Source: Methanobacteriota archaeon
GTDB taxonomy: Archaea > Methanobacteriota > Methanobacteria > Methanobacteriales > Methanobacteriaceae
Direction of reading: 5' to 3'
Assembly: GCA_963787255.1 (NCBI GenBank)
Contig: CAWBCJ010000029.1
Location: 224,001-288,000 of the forward strand
Length of the DNA stretch: 64,000 bases
Below, one piece after another: positions 1-10,033 of this stretch. The stretch's first letter is position 1; the number at the start of each line of letters is the position of its first letter. The notes below the pieces were generated by a model. It was not told the origin of the DNA. It saw only the letters and a program-made list of their open reading frames with translations, and made no database searches. The translations under genes were made by a program, and so were the position numbers.

Positions 1-86
1 TGTTATTAAAGCAGAATATTTAACCAGTATTATCAAAGTAGGTAATATATCAGGCAGTCCAAATAAATTAAGTTCCATTAACATGT
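1..86 (-). CDS. 5' part of a probable small membrane protein, partner of the upstream ArsR-type regulator; runs off the window
   Basis: ATG at 86 reads MLMELNLFGLPDILPTLIILV; removing one A gives the hydrophobic continuation NILLLIT. Confidence 0.4.
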
Positions 87-114
87 TTTTTTACCTTCTA
101 TTATTTCGTTTTCC

Positions 115-390
115 TTAAATTCTTCCCAGATTTCCAGGAATGTATCGTAAACCACTTTCCATCTCATCAGAGAGGAAATATAATGCACCGTATTTTTCTC
201 CAGTGGATTTGACTATATTGTTCTCATCCAAAACATCTATATGGTGTCTGATTGTCTTATAATCAAGAGATAGCTTTTCAGCAAGTTTGTTAGCATTATA
301 TGGTCTATTATTGAGTTCAAGTATTATTCTGGCACGATTTTCTCCGCCTTTACTGCCGGCTATTAACCACCACAAAAACACTTTTTTCAT
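115..390 (-). CDS. ArsR-family winged-helix regulator, C-terminus apparently frameshifted
   Basis: [18 protein letters not shown]...[23 protein letters not shown] signature; deleting one T in GGTTTAC restores [11 protein letters not shown], ending near 78. Confidence 0.85.
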   Translation of the reverse strand: MKKVFLWWLIAGSKGGENRARIILELNNRPYNANKLAEKLSLDYKTIRHHIDVLDENNIVKSTGEKYGALYFLSDEMESGLRYIPGNLGRI

Positions 391-732
391 AAGAACTCCT
401 GTTAATTCATGACTCCAATTATTTTATAAGCTATGTTAATATTTTTTTTCAAATTAACTCACTTATAAATTTATTCATGCCTAAATCTTCTCTTTAACAA
501 AGTGAACCAATTATATGATATATTTCAAAGATTATTTCATCAAATATGACCATTCCAAGCTTTTGAAGGAAAAAACTTACATTTTAATATATAATTTTAC
601 TTAAAAACATTACTACTTATTGTTAATTCAAAACATTCTTTACGGATTTTGTATAAAAATCCCTCTAACTTTAATTTGATTTTTGTATCCCCATAGTTTG
701 TAATCAATATTGAAATTACCCTTATTATTTAA

Positions 733-1551
733 TTATTTTTGCCCAGCAATATCCTCCACTGTTGCATACGGATGAGAATATCTCTCATTTTCTTCGGTAT
801 ATGATTTTAAAAATCTTGAAGACTTAATTTGAACTGCTTGCTCTGGACAATAATTGAGACAGGCATGACAGAAAAAACATTGCACATCTTTTTGCCATAA
901 AGGCTTTTCATTAACTATTTTTATCTTTCCTGATAAACAGACTTTTTCACACGTTCTACAGCCTATACACTTTGAATTGGAATAAAACTCAACATTATAC
1001 ATTTTATTAAGAAGTGGAAGAAACAGAGAAAGAAGTGAAAACGCAGGCATTGGAACTGTGAATTCGGTGTCTTTTTCCATGGTTTTTTCTTTATTTAAAA
1101 CAACTTTCTGGATAAAATTGAGCTTATTTTGAACTTCTACTTCTAGATCTGCTATTTTTTCTGCTGTTGCAGCATGCCAACCTTCAAATTTAGGGTCGTT
1201 ACTGGCCATGTTTAAAGTAAAAAATGAATTTAAACTTTTACCTTTTTTCTTCAATATGTTTTCTAAGTCAATGAATGCCCTATGTTGACTACCGGCCCGT
1301 GTAGCTACTGCAAAAATGTATTCAGCTGAATTTAAATTGAGTTTCTTAAGAAATTCCATTACTGGAGCAGGAGCCATTGCAAGGTGAATTGGAAACACGA
1401 ATCCAACTGTATCTGAACTGCTTTCGATAACTTCTTTTTTTAAAAGGTTAACTATAGATATTAACTTTGATTCTGGAATTCTTTTTTGCAATTCCTTTGC
1501 CACATGCAGCGAATTACCAGTTCCTGAAAAATAATAAATTTCGGGACTCAT
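733..1551 (-). CDS. EFR1-family ferredoxin (flavodoxin domain plus 2x[4Fe-4S])
   Basis: YFSGTGNS flavodoxin motif; CIGCRTCEKVC and CFFCHACLNYCP. Confidence 0.9.
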   Translation of the reverse strand: MSPEIYYFSGTGNSLHVAKELQKRIPESKLISIVNLLKKEVIESSSDTVGFVFPIHLAMAPAPVMEFLKKLNLNSAEYIFAVATRAGSQHRAFIDLENILKKKGKSLNSFFTLNMASNDPKFEGWHAATAEKIADLEVEVQNKLNFIQKVVLNKEKTMEKDTEFTVPMPAFSLLSLFLPLLNKMYNVEFYSNSKCIGCRTCEKVCLSGKIKIVNEKPLWQKDVQCFFCHACLNYCPEQAVQIKSSRFLKSYTEENERYSHPYATVEDIAGQK

Positions 1552-1584
1552 AATTAAATCCCCCTTTTATCTTTTATACTAAAA

Positions 1585-2049
1585 TCAAAACAATCCACTG
1601 AATTTTTGGACCAGTTCAGCGATTTGTTTATCCCTGTTTTTACTCCAAACCACGATTTCTGTTCCGTAGACTATGCCTCCTTTGGCCTGGCAGATTTTTT
1701 TCATCTGGCCGATTGCACGACTTCCGCCTGTCCAGTTGAATGGCAAACCCTTGGTAACAAAAAGTGCGATTTTTTTATCCTGTAACGATGGAATCTGCTC
1801 TAAATACATTTGCATTACCTTTGAAAGGGCAAATGCCTGCACTGGAGCTCCGAATATTACCGCGTCGAATGCAGTTGCATCAGGTGGGTTTTCAATCTTA
1901 CTATTTTTATCAGGGGTCTGTTGTCCACCTGCCAATCTTATCTGTTCTATTTCTACCGTATGTCCTGCCACCAGGAGATTCTCCTCAATCTTCTGTGCAA
2001 CTTCATACGTGTGCCCAGTTTGAGAATGAACTATAATGCCTATTTTCAT
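1585..2049 (-). CDS. Flavodoxin-like protein
   Basis: IIVHSQTGHT FMN loop; DAVIFGAPV. Confidence 0.85.
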   Translation of the reverse strand: MKIGIIVHSQTGHTYEVAQKIEENLLVAGHTVEIEQIRLAGGQQTPDKNSKIENPPDATAFDAVIFGAPVQAFALSKVMQMYLEQIPSLQDKKIALFVTKGLPFNWTGGSRAIGQMKKICQAKGGIVYGTEIVVWSKNRDKQIAELVQKFSGLF

Positions 2050-2129
2050 GATATATTCCTCTTTTAAGTTTCATAATAAAATTTTCCACTTACTAAAACC
2101 TTATTTAAATTTAATATTTTAACTAAATT

Positions 2130-2717
2130 ATATTTTTTTATTATCAATTGTGGGATTTAGTTGAAATGAGATTCTATATGGTCCTGATTTTAGTGTTATT
2201 TTTTTTACAATTATGTGGCAAAAAATGGATTATGAGTATCAAAGTGAAGTCTTTCTCACTTAAAACCTGATTAAAGCACTCTAAGAACTTCTATGTTTCC
2301 TGAAATTCAATTTCTAAATTTTTATAAATCAGGTAGACATATTATCATTTGTTCCATTAAATGACTATTTATAACAAGGAGGATGAGCAAAAATGGATAT
2401 GGGAAATTAAATGCATTTTATATAAAATGAATTTGTTAATTAGAGACATTGTAAAAAGCATTGATGTTGCTTCATTTAACCAGTGCCTCAGAAATTCGTT
2501 AAAAATGGCCAATGAAAATCTTTAATGGAGTAGCTATTTATCTGATAATGAGTTTAATTCCAGGTCTTTTCAATGTCATACGTTGCAAAGAATGGATATT
2601 ATTGCACAGTTTTAGATAAAGAAGTCTTAACACCATCAATGTGTTTAACATAAATGACGTACGTTTTCCAAAGACACCCTAATAAAGAAAAAATTCCAAA
2701 TTTCTTTCATTTATCCA
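2130..2717 (-). pseudogene. Possible degraded gene remnant
   Basis: Protein-like minus-strand fragments broken by stops (YPFFATYDIEKTW, ISGNIEVL, HNPFFAT, ITLKSGPYRISFQLNP); boundaries approximate. Confidence 0.3.
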
Positions 2718-2773
2718 TTTAATTTTAAATAACCTAAAATCTCAGCATTTCAACACCATTTGGCAGAGTTTCA

Positions 2774-3526
2774 TCATTTAACCATGCTTCTTAAAACGTT
2801 GTTAAAGAGTTCTGGATTTTCAATATTCCACATGTGCCCCACCTTTAAAGCCATCGCTCCTTCTGAATTCGGAAGCACATTAATGAGATCCCTTGCAGAT
2901 TCTTTTATAATTTTATAATCTTTTTCCCCAGTCATAACAAGAACTGGCACTTCAGCCTTTTCAAGACCAGAAGGCATTTTAAAAAGCATATTTTCTTTTA
3001 AAATTCGATTTAATGAATCCGGTTTTATTAAGCGTGTTGATTCCTTGAACTCCTTAAAAAGACTTTTCGGCATATTGTAAGTTCTCATATTTGCTTTTAT
3101 AAAAAAATTAGTATCTTTAACCGGTTCATAAGCTTTAATCAAATAATTAAGAAGTTTTAAAAATGTTTCAGTGTGCGGGATGCTGTGAACTAGCGTTCCA
3201 CTTATGAGAGCGTGATTTACAACTTCAGGAGCTGTGCTTAAAATCTGGACGATAATTTGAGCTCCAAGAGAAATTCCAACGAGATGCGCTTTTTTGTTAT
3301 GGGATTGATTTTTGATAATGTCAATTATCATATCTGCAGCACTTTGCATAGTGAATGGCTTTACTTCTATGCTTTTTCCGTGCTCTGGAAGGTCAGGGAT
3401 GATGCAATGATAATCTTGAAATGCTTCTACCTGTTTATCCCACATCCAGCCAGCAATTCCACCACCGTGGAGGAATATTATGGTTTCATCGTTGTTTTTA
3501 CCTGTTTCTTTAATGTATAACTCCAT
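2774..3526 (-). CDS. Alpha/beta-hydrolase
   Basis: FLHGGG, PDLPEHG, GISLG nucleophile elbow, GEKD, C-terminal GH. Confidence 0.9.
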   Translation of the reverse strand: MELYIKETGKNNDETIIFLHGGGIAGWMWDKQVEAFQDYHCIIPDLPEHGKSIEVKPFTMQSAADMIIDIIKNQSHNKKAHLVGISLGAQIIVQILSTAPEVVNHALISGTLVHSIPHTETFLKLLNYLIKAYEPVKDTNFFIKANMRTYNMPKSLFKEFKESTRLIKPDSLNRILKENMLFKMPSGLEKAEVPVLVMTGEKDYKIIKESARDLINVLPNSEGAMALKVGHMWNIENPELFNNVLRSMVK

Positions 3527-3793
3527 AATCAGGCCCCTAATTAAGAATTATAGTATAATTATTTTTTGTTTGATTTAATATCTAAAACATGTTTGGTTTT
3601 TGTTTAATTTAAATAATGATTATTAATCCATATCTTAGCAATGGATACATATATTCTCCTTATTTAACCCTAATATTAATTTTCATCTGATTTTTGGTCT
3701 TTAAATAATTAAATTTCTGATGTCTACTTAGACAATATACAATTATTATAAAAGACATATCTAATTCAAATTAATACTGAGGAGGTTTTTAAT

Positions 3794-4666
3794 ATGATTA
3801 CAGGTGTTCATTCAAATGGTGATGGAAAAGTAAAATGGGTTTCAACTGACTGGTTAGAAGACAATCAAAATGAAAAAATCATGATAATTGATGTTCAACC
3901 AGATATACATGATTATATTAAAGAACACATCCCCAGAGCTTATTATTTTAATGAATGGTTTCTAAGGCAAATGGTAGAAAACGTGCCGGGCAGCTATATT
4001 CCTTTGGAGGCCATTCAGGCAATATTTAGAAAACAAGGAATTAAAAAAGATATGCCTACAGTTGTATATACTGGTAAAGGTGCCTTTTCAAAAAGTGGAG
4101 ATGGGTGGGGGCAGACAATGGCTGCTTATTCACTTGCAAGGTTCGGCCATGATAATATCTATATTTTAGACGGCGGCATTGACAAGTGGAAAGAAGAAGG
4201 AAAAGAGCTAACAAAGGTTTTTCCAACAATAAGAGAATCTAAATTTGAAGCTGTGCTTCGTGAAGATTATTATGTGACTTATGAAGAGTTTAAAGCAACT
4301 AAAGATAAAGATGATGTTGTAGTACTTGATGCTCGACCATTTAAGTATTATGCTGGCCCAAGTATGTGGAATAAGCCAGGGCACATCCCTGGAGCGGTGA
4401 GTCTGCAGGCAGCTACACTTATGCACCAGAATAACCTCCAGCTGCTCAAGCCCGAGGATGAAATAAAATCAATGGTGGAAAAACTGGGAGCAACGCCTGA
4501 TAAAAAGATTATATGCTACTGTGGAACAGGTAGAGAAGCAACTAATTTATTTGTGGTCTTTAAATGGTTTTTGGGTTATGAAAATGTGAAATTATACGAG
4601 GGTTCATTTACAGAGTGGACTCAAAGGGATGATAGTCCTACGGTTACGGGGCCTAATCCTTATTAG
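3794..4666 (+). CDS. Tandem-rhodanese sulfurtransferase (SseA/TST type)
   Basis: HIPRA and HIPGA motifs, LDGG, active loop YCGTG, YEGSFTEW; GGAGG RBS. Confidence 0.92.
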   Translation: MITGVHSNGDGKVKWVSTDWLEDNQNEKIMIIDVQPDIHDYIKEHIPRAYYFNEWFLRQMVENVPGSYIPLEAIQAIFRKQGIKKDMPTVVYTGKGAFSKSGDGWGQTMAAYSLARFGHDNIYILDGGIDKWKEEGKELTKVFPTIRESKFEAVLREDYYVTYEEFKATKDKDDVVVLDARPFKYYAGPSMWNKPGHIPGAVSLQAATLMHQNNLQLLKPEDEIKSMVEKLGATPDKKIICYCGTGREATNLFVVFKWFLGYENVKLYEGSFTEWTQRDDSPTVTGPNPY

Positions 4667-4899
4667 GGAAATAAGCCATGTTATTGGTCTCTTGATATAA
4701 ACTTATTTCATCATTTTAATGTAATTAAAGAATAATTTTCTTCAAACTCTTTAAGACGTTCTGGTATTAATTGTTTTATAATATACATAGCTGTATACAT
4801 TCTTGATAACCAAATACATTTAATTCTTTAATATAGAAATAAGTAAATTTTCAAGATTGAATTTAATTATTGGTTTAAGTCCTTAAAGGAGATATCCAA

Positions 4900-5514
4900 A
4901 TGATCGAACTACTCATCGCAGGAATCACTCTCGGTCTCTACGCCGGCTTCTCACCCGGCCCTCTCCTCGTCCTCGTAATCTCACAAACACTAAAACATGG
5001 CTACGAAGAAGGGGTAAGAGTAGCTTTCGCCCCCATAATCTCAGATATACCAATTATAATAATATGTTTACTATTTCTGTCACTTATATCAGGCTACACT
5101 TTAATTTTAGGCATTATTTCAATTATCGGCGGTTTATATCTTAGTTACCTTTCCTACGAAAGCTTTAAAACAAAAATTTTAACTGGAGATATTAATTTAG
5201 AGAAGCCTAAATCGTTGACAAAAGGAGTTACACTCAATCTTTTAAATCCCGCACCTTATTTATTCTGGATAACCATTGGAGGCCCCATAATAATCCCTGC
5301 TTATGCTGAAAGTGCATTATCGCCGTTATGGTTTATCATTGGCTTTTACGCGCTTTTGATTGGTTCAAAAATAGCTCTGGCTTATGCCACAGGGAAATCC
5401 AGCGATTTCCTGACAGGGAAGACTTATATTTACATAATGAGAATTCTTGGAGTAGTACTAATAATCTTTGCGCTTTATTTCTTCAATCAAGGTGTTCAAC
5501 TATTAATTAGGTGA
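4900..5514 (+). CDS. LysE/RhtB-family exporter
   Basis: GFSPGP motif, NLLNP motif, about 6 TM segments. Confidence 0.88.
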   Translation: MIELLIAGITLGLYAGFSPGPLLVLVISQTLKHGYEEGVRVAFAPIISDIPIIIICLLFLSLISGYTLILGIISIIGGLYLSYLSYESFKTKILTGDINLEKPKSLTKGVTLNLLNPAPYLFWITIGGPIIIPAYAESALSPLWFIIGFYALLIGSKIALAYATGKSSDFLTGKTYIYIMRILGVVLIIFALYFFNQGVQLLIR

Positions 5515-5838
5515 TATTATCCATTCAGAACTATTATGAGCCATATAATTATAATTCTAAGCTTTTTTATTAAGTATAGTTTTGAATACACTTTTAAATG
5601 AGTTCATTATAGACATATTAATTTAATATTTTGAATCAAGGAAAAAAAATATATATGAAATAGTGACAATATAATAATATCAATGTACACAGTTCTACAA
5701 TGACCTGAAAACATTTTGTTTTTTTAAAGTTTTCTTCCAAATTGACCTTAAACGTGTTTAGAGGTAAAAATTACATTTTTATAGTATTTGAATCATTAAT
5801 TAGCTTTATTAATCTAAAATTAAGGGGAGGCATTAGAC

Positions 5839-6054
5839 ATGGATAAACTCTCAATACTGGAATATCAGAAATTAATTAGCATTTTAACAGAGAACAGGCA
5901 TTATTTATCCACATCAATAGAAGAAAAAGCTGCAGACATCCTTGAAAGCATAGTTATTGAAGCGAAAAGTAAAAAAAGGGATATTAGTAAGGCAAAAATT
6001 AATTTAATCAATACTTCTAACGGACCAGAAATTGGCGTTACCTTCGAAGAATAA
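5839..6054 (+). CDS. Small hypothetical protein
   Basis: 71 aa ORF with GGGGAGG RBS; no family recognised. Confidence 0.6.
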   Translation: MDKLSILEYQKLISILTENRHYLSTSIEEKAADILESIVIEAKSKKRDISKAKINLINTSNGPEIGVTFEE

Positions 6055-6396
6055 ATAATATTCTATTTTAATAAGTAAACTTCTGATTTTTTTTATATTA
6101 TCTAAAATGGATTATACTGATAATTTACTGGTCACTACTGTTTTAGCTCTTAAAAGAGCTCTATCAATATGATCAGTATTTTTGATTACAAGTTCTATTT
6201 TTTTCCATTTTTTTTCTTGAAATTTTAGATTGTCATTTGCATTCAAGCTTAAAAGTTCCTTTTCTGCGCATCCCTTTAAAAAATTCCTCTGGACTTCCTT
6301 CATGCTTTCCTAAAATGTATTTGGCGTATTTTCATCCAAAATGAATTTTTAACACTGATACAAAATCTTTATATACAATTTCTATAAATAGTATAC

Positions 6397-6412
6397 TTCG
6401 ATACTTATCGAA
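6397..6412. promoter_or_regulatory. Palindromic operator candidate TTCGATA-CT-TATCGAA upstream of the ArsR gene
   Basis: Perfect 7-bp arms about 22 nt downstream of TATA box TTTATATA (6368-6375); related copy at 6757-6772. Confidence 0.6.
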
Positions 6413-6426
6413 TTGTAGAATATTCT

Positions 6427-6738
6427 ATGAGGTATTCAATGGAAACAAAAAAAATGGCAAAGGTTTTTAAAGCCCTTTCAAACCCCAACAGGTTAGAATT
6501 ATACCTGCAAATCGTTAAAGCGCAGGAAGCCAGTTATGAAACAAACTGCGAATGTTTAATAAGCGATATTGCTAAATCATTGAATATTGGGGCCCCTACG
6601 GTTTCTCACCACCTTAAAGAATTAGCAAACGCTGAATTAATCTTTACTGAAAGAAAAGGCAAATATTTAGTGGCAAGGGTTAATGAAGAAATGGTTAATG
6701 AAGTGAATGAACTTTTAAAGCTGCATCATGAATCTTAA
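6427..6738 (+). CDS. ArsR/SmtB-family repressor
   Basis: AKVFKALSNPNRLE, CEC candidate sensing site, TVSHHLKEL..A.LI..ERKGK; start may be the ATG at 6439. Confidence 0.9.
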   Translation: MRYSMETKKMAKVFKALSNPNRLELYLQIVKAQEASYETNCECLISDIAKSLNIGAPTVSHHLKELANAELIFTERKGKYLVARVNEEMVNEVNELLKLHHES

Positions 6739-6803
6739 ATTTTTTAAAAAATACAATTCGAAAGTTGTCAAACTAATAAACTATTAAAAATGAGGAAGTA
6801 AAA

Positions 6804-7250
6804 ATGAAAACTGCGATAATTTACAAATCCATACATCATGGAAACACCAAGAAAATTGCTGAAGTAATGGCAGGCACTCTGGAAGCGGAATTGTTTGATT
6901 TAAAAGATGCTAGCCAAGATATTATTAAAGAATATGATTTAATTGGCTTTGGTTCTGGAATATATTTCTATAAACCTCATAAAAAGTTAAGAAAGTTTGT
7001 TGAAAGTCTAGATAATGTGGAAAACAAAAAAGCTTTTGTATTTTCTACAAGTGGCAACGGAAAACCCAACGGATGGTTAGAGAAAAAATTATCCAGTAAA
7101 GGTTTTGAAATCATTGGAGAGTTCAATTGTAAAGGATTAGACACCTATGCACTTTCAAAACTGATTGGCGGCATAAATAAAGGAAAACCTGATGAAGAAG
7201 ACTTTAAAAATGCGGAAAACTTTGCAAATAGTTTAAAAGAAAAAATATAA
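6804..7250 (+). CDS. Flavodoxin-like protein
   Basis: SIHHGNTKKIA, YDLIGFGSGIY, GEFNCKGLD. Confidence 0.9.
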   Translation: MKTAIIYKSIHHGNTKKIAEVMAGTLEAELFDLKDASQDIIKEYDLIGFGSGIYFYKPHKKLRKFVESLDNVENKKAFVFSTSGNGKPNGWLEKKLSSKGFEIIGEFNCKGLDTYALSKLIGGINKGKPDEEDFKNAENFANSLKEKI

Positions 7251-7306
7251 TGTAAATTAGGACTTTAAATTATTTAAAATGATTATATGACCTATGAGGC
7301 AAAAAA

Positions 7307-8065
7307 ATGGAAAAAACAGACCTTTACGAAACAATATTCAAGCGAAAGTCCATTAGAACTTATGATTCAACACCACTTGATCAAAACACATTAACGGAGA
7401 TTTCAGACCACTTCCAGACTTTAGAACCCATGTATGATGACATTAAAGTTGAATTGAAGATCATATCATCAGATGACGTTAAAAGAAGGATAATGAAAAA
7501 AGCACCGCATTATATAGCTGTGTTCTCTGAAACTAAAGAAGGATATTCGACCAATGTGGGTTTTATGCTACAGCAGATGGATCTGTTCCTCTCGGCTAAC
7601 GGTCTTGGCAGTTGCTGGCAGGGGATTCCAAAGCCCAAAAAAGAAGTTTTAGAAAGTTCAAATCTTGAATTTATTATTTTAATAGCCTTTGGGAAGCCCA
7701 CAGGATCATTACATAGAAGTAGTGTTTCAGAATTTAAGAGAAAACCTCTCCAGGAGATAAGCAATGTTAAGGGTGCAGATGAGTTAATGGAAGCAGCACG
7801 TCTTGCCCCATCTGCAGGTAACAGCCAACCATGGCTTTTTACAGGAGATAAAAATATAATCCATGTCTATTCCATTAAACCAGGCTTTATTAGGGGACTT
7901 CTAGCTAAAAAATACATTCCCCTAGATGTTGGTATTGCATTTTGTCATCTAAAGCTGGCAGCAGAACATTTTGGTAAGAAAACAAAAATTATGATTGATA
8001 AAACCGCATTGAATTACACCAACAATGGATACGAGTATATTGCAAGTTTGAGGCAAAATGAATAA
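7307..8065 (+). CDS. Nitroreductase-family protein (two-domain type)
   Basis: KRKSIRTY, GLGSCW, ARLAPSAGNSQPW. Confidence 0.88.
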   Translation: MEKTDLYETIFKRKSIRTYDSTPLDQNTLTEISDHFQTLEPMYDDIKVELKIISSDDVKRRIMKKAPHYIAVFSETKEGYSTNVGFMLQQMDLFLSANGLGSCWQGIPKPKKEVLESSNLEFIILIAFGKPTGSLHRSSVSEFKRKPLQEISNVKGADELMEAARLAPSAGNSQPWLFTGDKNIIHVYSIKPGFIRGLLAKKYIPLDVGIAFCHLKLAAEHFGKKTKIMIDKTALNYTNNGYEYIASLRQNE

Positions 8066-8109
8066 ATTGGAAAAAAAAGGATTTTAATAAGTTCAATTAA
8101 TGTGTATTC

Positions 8110-8610
8110 ATGAAAGCTGAAGAAGTGCACAAACTCATCCAAATAATGAATACAAGAATAAATGACATTATAGGAAAAGAAACAAGGGGCGTACATTTTG
8201 GAGGGGATAACGAATTATTTGCAGCTGTAGCGTCAATTGAGGAATTATATGATTTAAGCTATGCTCCAGAAGCAGAAGCTAAAAAAACAGAAATCATGAG
8301 CACACTGATAAATGCAATGCTAGACGGGCAATCAACAAAACAAATAAGCCAATCACTGAAAGATAACAGATTAAACGATGAAGATGCCTGGAAAGTAGCT
8401 AAAAATGAAATTCATCGGATAAAAAACCTGGGTAATTGGTATCAATATTATGGGGCAGGATACAAATTTTTCAGTGTAAGATTTGAAAAAAATGCTTGCA
8501 AAATGTGCAAAAAAGCTTATGGTAATAAAAAGTATCCTATTGAACAAGTAGACATGTTACCTCCTTTGCATGGTGAATGCAGATGCGCTTTAATGTTTCA
8601 TAGAAAATAA
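8110..8610 (+). CDS. Phage Mu F / SPP1 gp7-like (MuF) minor head protein domain, orphan
   Basis: AWKVAKNEIHR helix, CKMC and PPLHGECRC resemble the MuF pattern A..IARTE...CxxC...PPxHPNCRC. Confidence 0.65.
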   Translation: MKAEEVHKLIQIMNTRINDIIGKETRGVHFGGDNELFAAVASIEELYDLSYAPEAEAKKTEIMSTLINAMLDGQSTKQISQSLKDNRLNDEDAWKVAKNEIHRIKNLGNWYQYYGAGYKFFSVRFEKNACKMCKKAYGNKKYPIEQVDMLPPLHGECRCALMFHRK

Positions 8611-8806
8611 TACAAATTGAAGATATTTAGTTTTTTAATGAAATAAACCAATATTTTTTCGAATTCAAGTAACACCTATTTTTCAATTATTACCCTAAAA
8701 CAACATTTATAAATGATCATAATTTAAAACAAATCAATTTAAAGAATATAAATTTGAAAAATTAATCTTAAAAAGAGTTTTAAATGATTTAAAGGAGATT
8801 ATTGCT

Positions 8807-9968
8807 TTGTTATACAGAACCTTTGGAAAAACAGGCGAGAAAGTTTCAATACTCGGTTTTGGGTGCATGAGACTTCCAATACTGGAATGTAACCCCACAA
8901 AAATAAATGAACCCCTGGCAACAGAAATGCTTCATTATGCCCTAAATAACGGCGTGAATTATATTGATACCGCTTATCCTTACCATGGACTCTCTGCAAC
9001 TGAAGGCGGTATGAGCGAGATTTTCGTTGGAAATGTTTTGAAAGACGATTACAGGGATGAGGTTTACCTATCTACAAAATTACCCAGCTGGAATGTCCAG
9101 AAGAAAGAAGATCTTAATTTTTATCTTGATGAACAGCTTAAAAGGCTTCAAACTGACCATATTGATTTTTATCTTTTACATGGTCTTAGTCAGAACACAT
9201 GGAAAACCTTAGCAAGTCTGGATGTTTTCGAGTTTCTGGACTCTGCACTTGAAGATGGTAGAATAGGATACGCTGGTTTTTCATTTCATGATGAATTTGA
9301 ACTTTTCAAGGAAATTGTGGATTCTTACAACTGGAGTTTTTCTCAGATTCAGTTTAACTACATGGATCAGGACTTTCAGGCGGGAAAAGCCGGAGTTGAG
9401 TACTCAGCAACTAAAAAAATGGGAACCGTGATCATGGAACCACTAAGAGGCGGATGCCTTACAAATAATATTCCTTCAGATATTCAGGCAATATGGAATA
9501 GTGCTCCAGTTAAAAGAAGTCCTGCAGAATGGGCTCTACGCTTCCTTTGGGATAAACCAGAAATTAATGTGGTTTTAAGCGGTATGAGCACCATGGAACA
9601 GGTTATAGAGAATGTTAAGATTGCAGATAATGGTCAAGCCAATAGTCTCACCAATGAGGAGAAGAATCTGATTCATGAACGTCAGAGAGGCTTACAGTGA
9701 AAGAATTCATGCTGGTTGCACTGCTTGTGGTTACTGCATGCCCTGTCCTGATGGAGTGGATATTCCACTGAACATGAGCCTGTTAAATGATGTCTACGTT
9801 TACCAGAACATGGAAAAACCCACTGGAAATTATTCATTTTTAACTGCCAAAAAGGCAAGTGCTTCTTTCTGTAATGATTGTGGTGAATGTGAAGAAAAAT
9901 GCACACAGAACATTCCAATAAGAAAATACCTTAAAGAAGCCCGGGAAACTTTTGAAAAGAAGAAGTAG
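8807..9968 (+). CDS. Aldo/keto reductase with C-terminal Fe-S domain, split by a +1 frameshift near 9680
   Basis: LGFGCMRLP, YIDTAYPY, STKLP in 8807-9700; CTACGYCMPCP and CNDCGECEEKC in 9675-9968; deleting one C gives LIHEVREAYSE. Confidence 0.88.
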
Positions 9969-9969
9969 A

Positions 9970-10008
9970 ATGATTCAGTTCCCCATATGGAATAAATTTC
10001 GTGAATCA
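9970..10008. terminator. Hairpin between convergent genes
   Basis: ATGATTCA...TGAATCAT arms with inner TTCC/GGAA pairing. Confidence 0.4.
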
Positions 10009-10033
10009 TAACACCAAATAAAAAAATGTAGAT

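Noticed and set aside
6112-6303. 63-aa minus-strand ORF
   Set aside because: No recognisable family or clear RBS; may be a gene remnant but unsupported
9670-9700. Programmed frameshift in the aldo/keto reductase
   Set aside because: No slippery heptamer or stimulatory structure; it resembles the other single-base insertions
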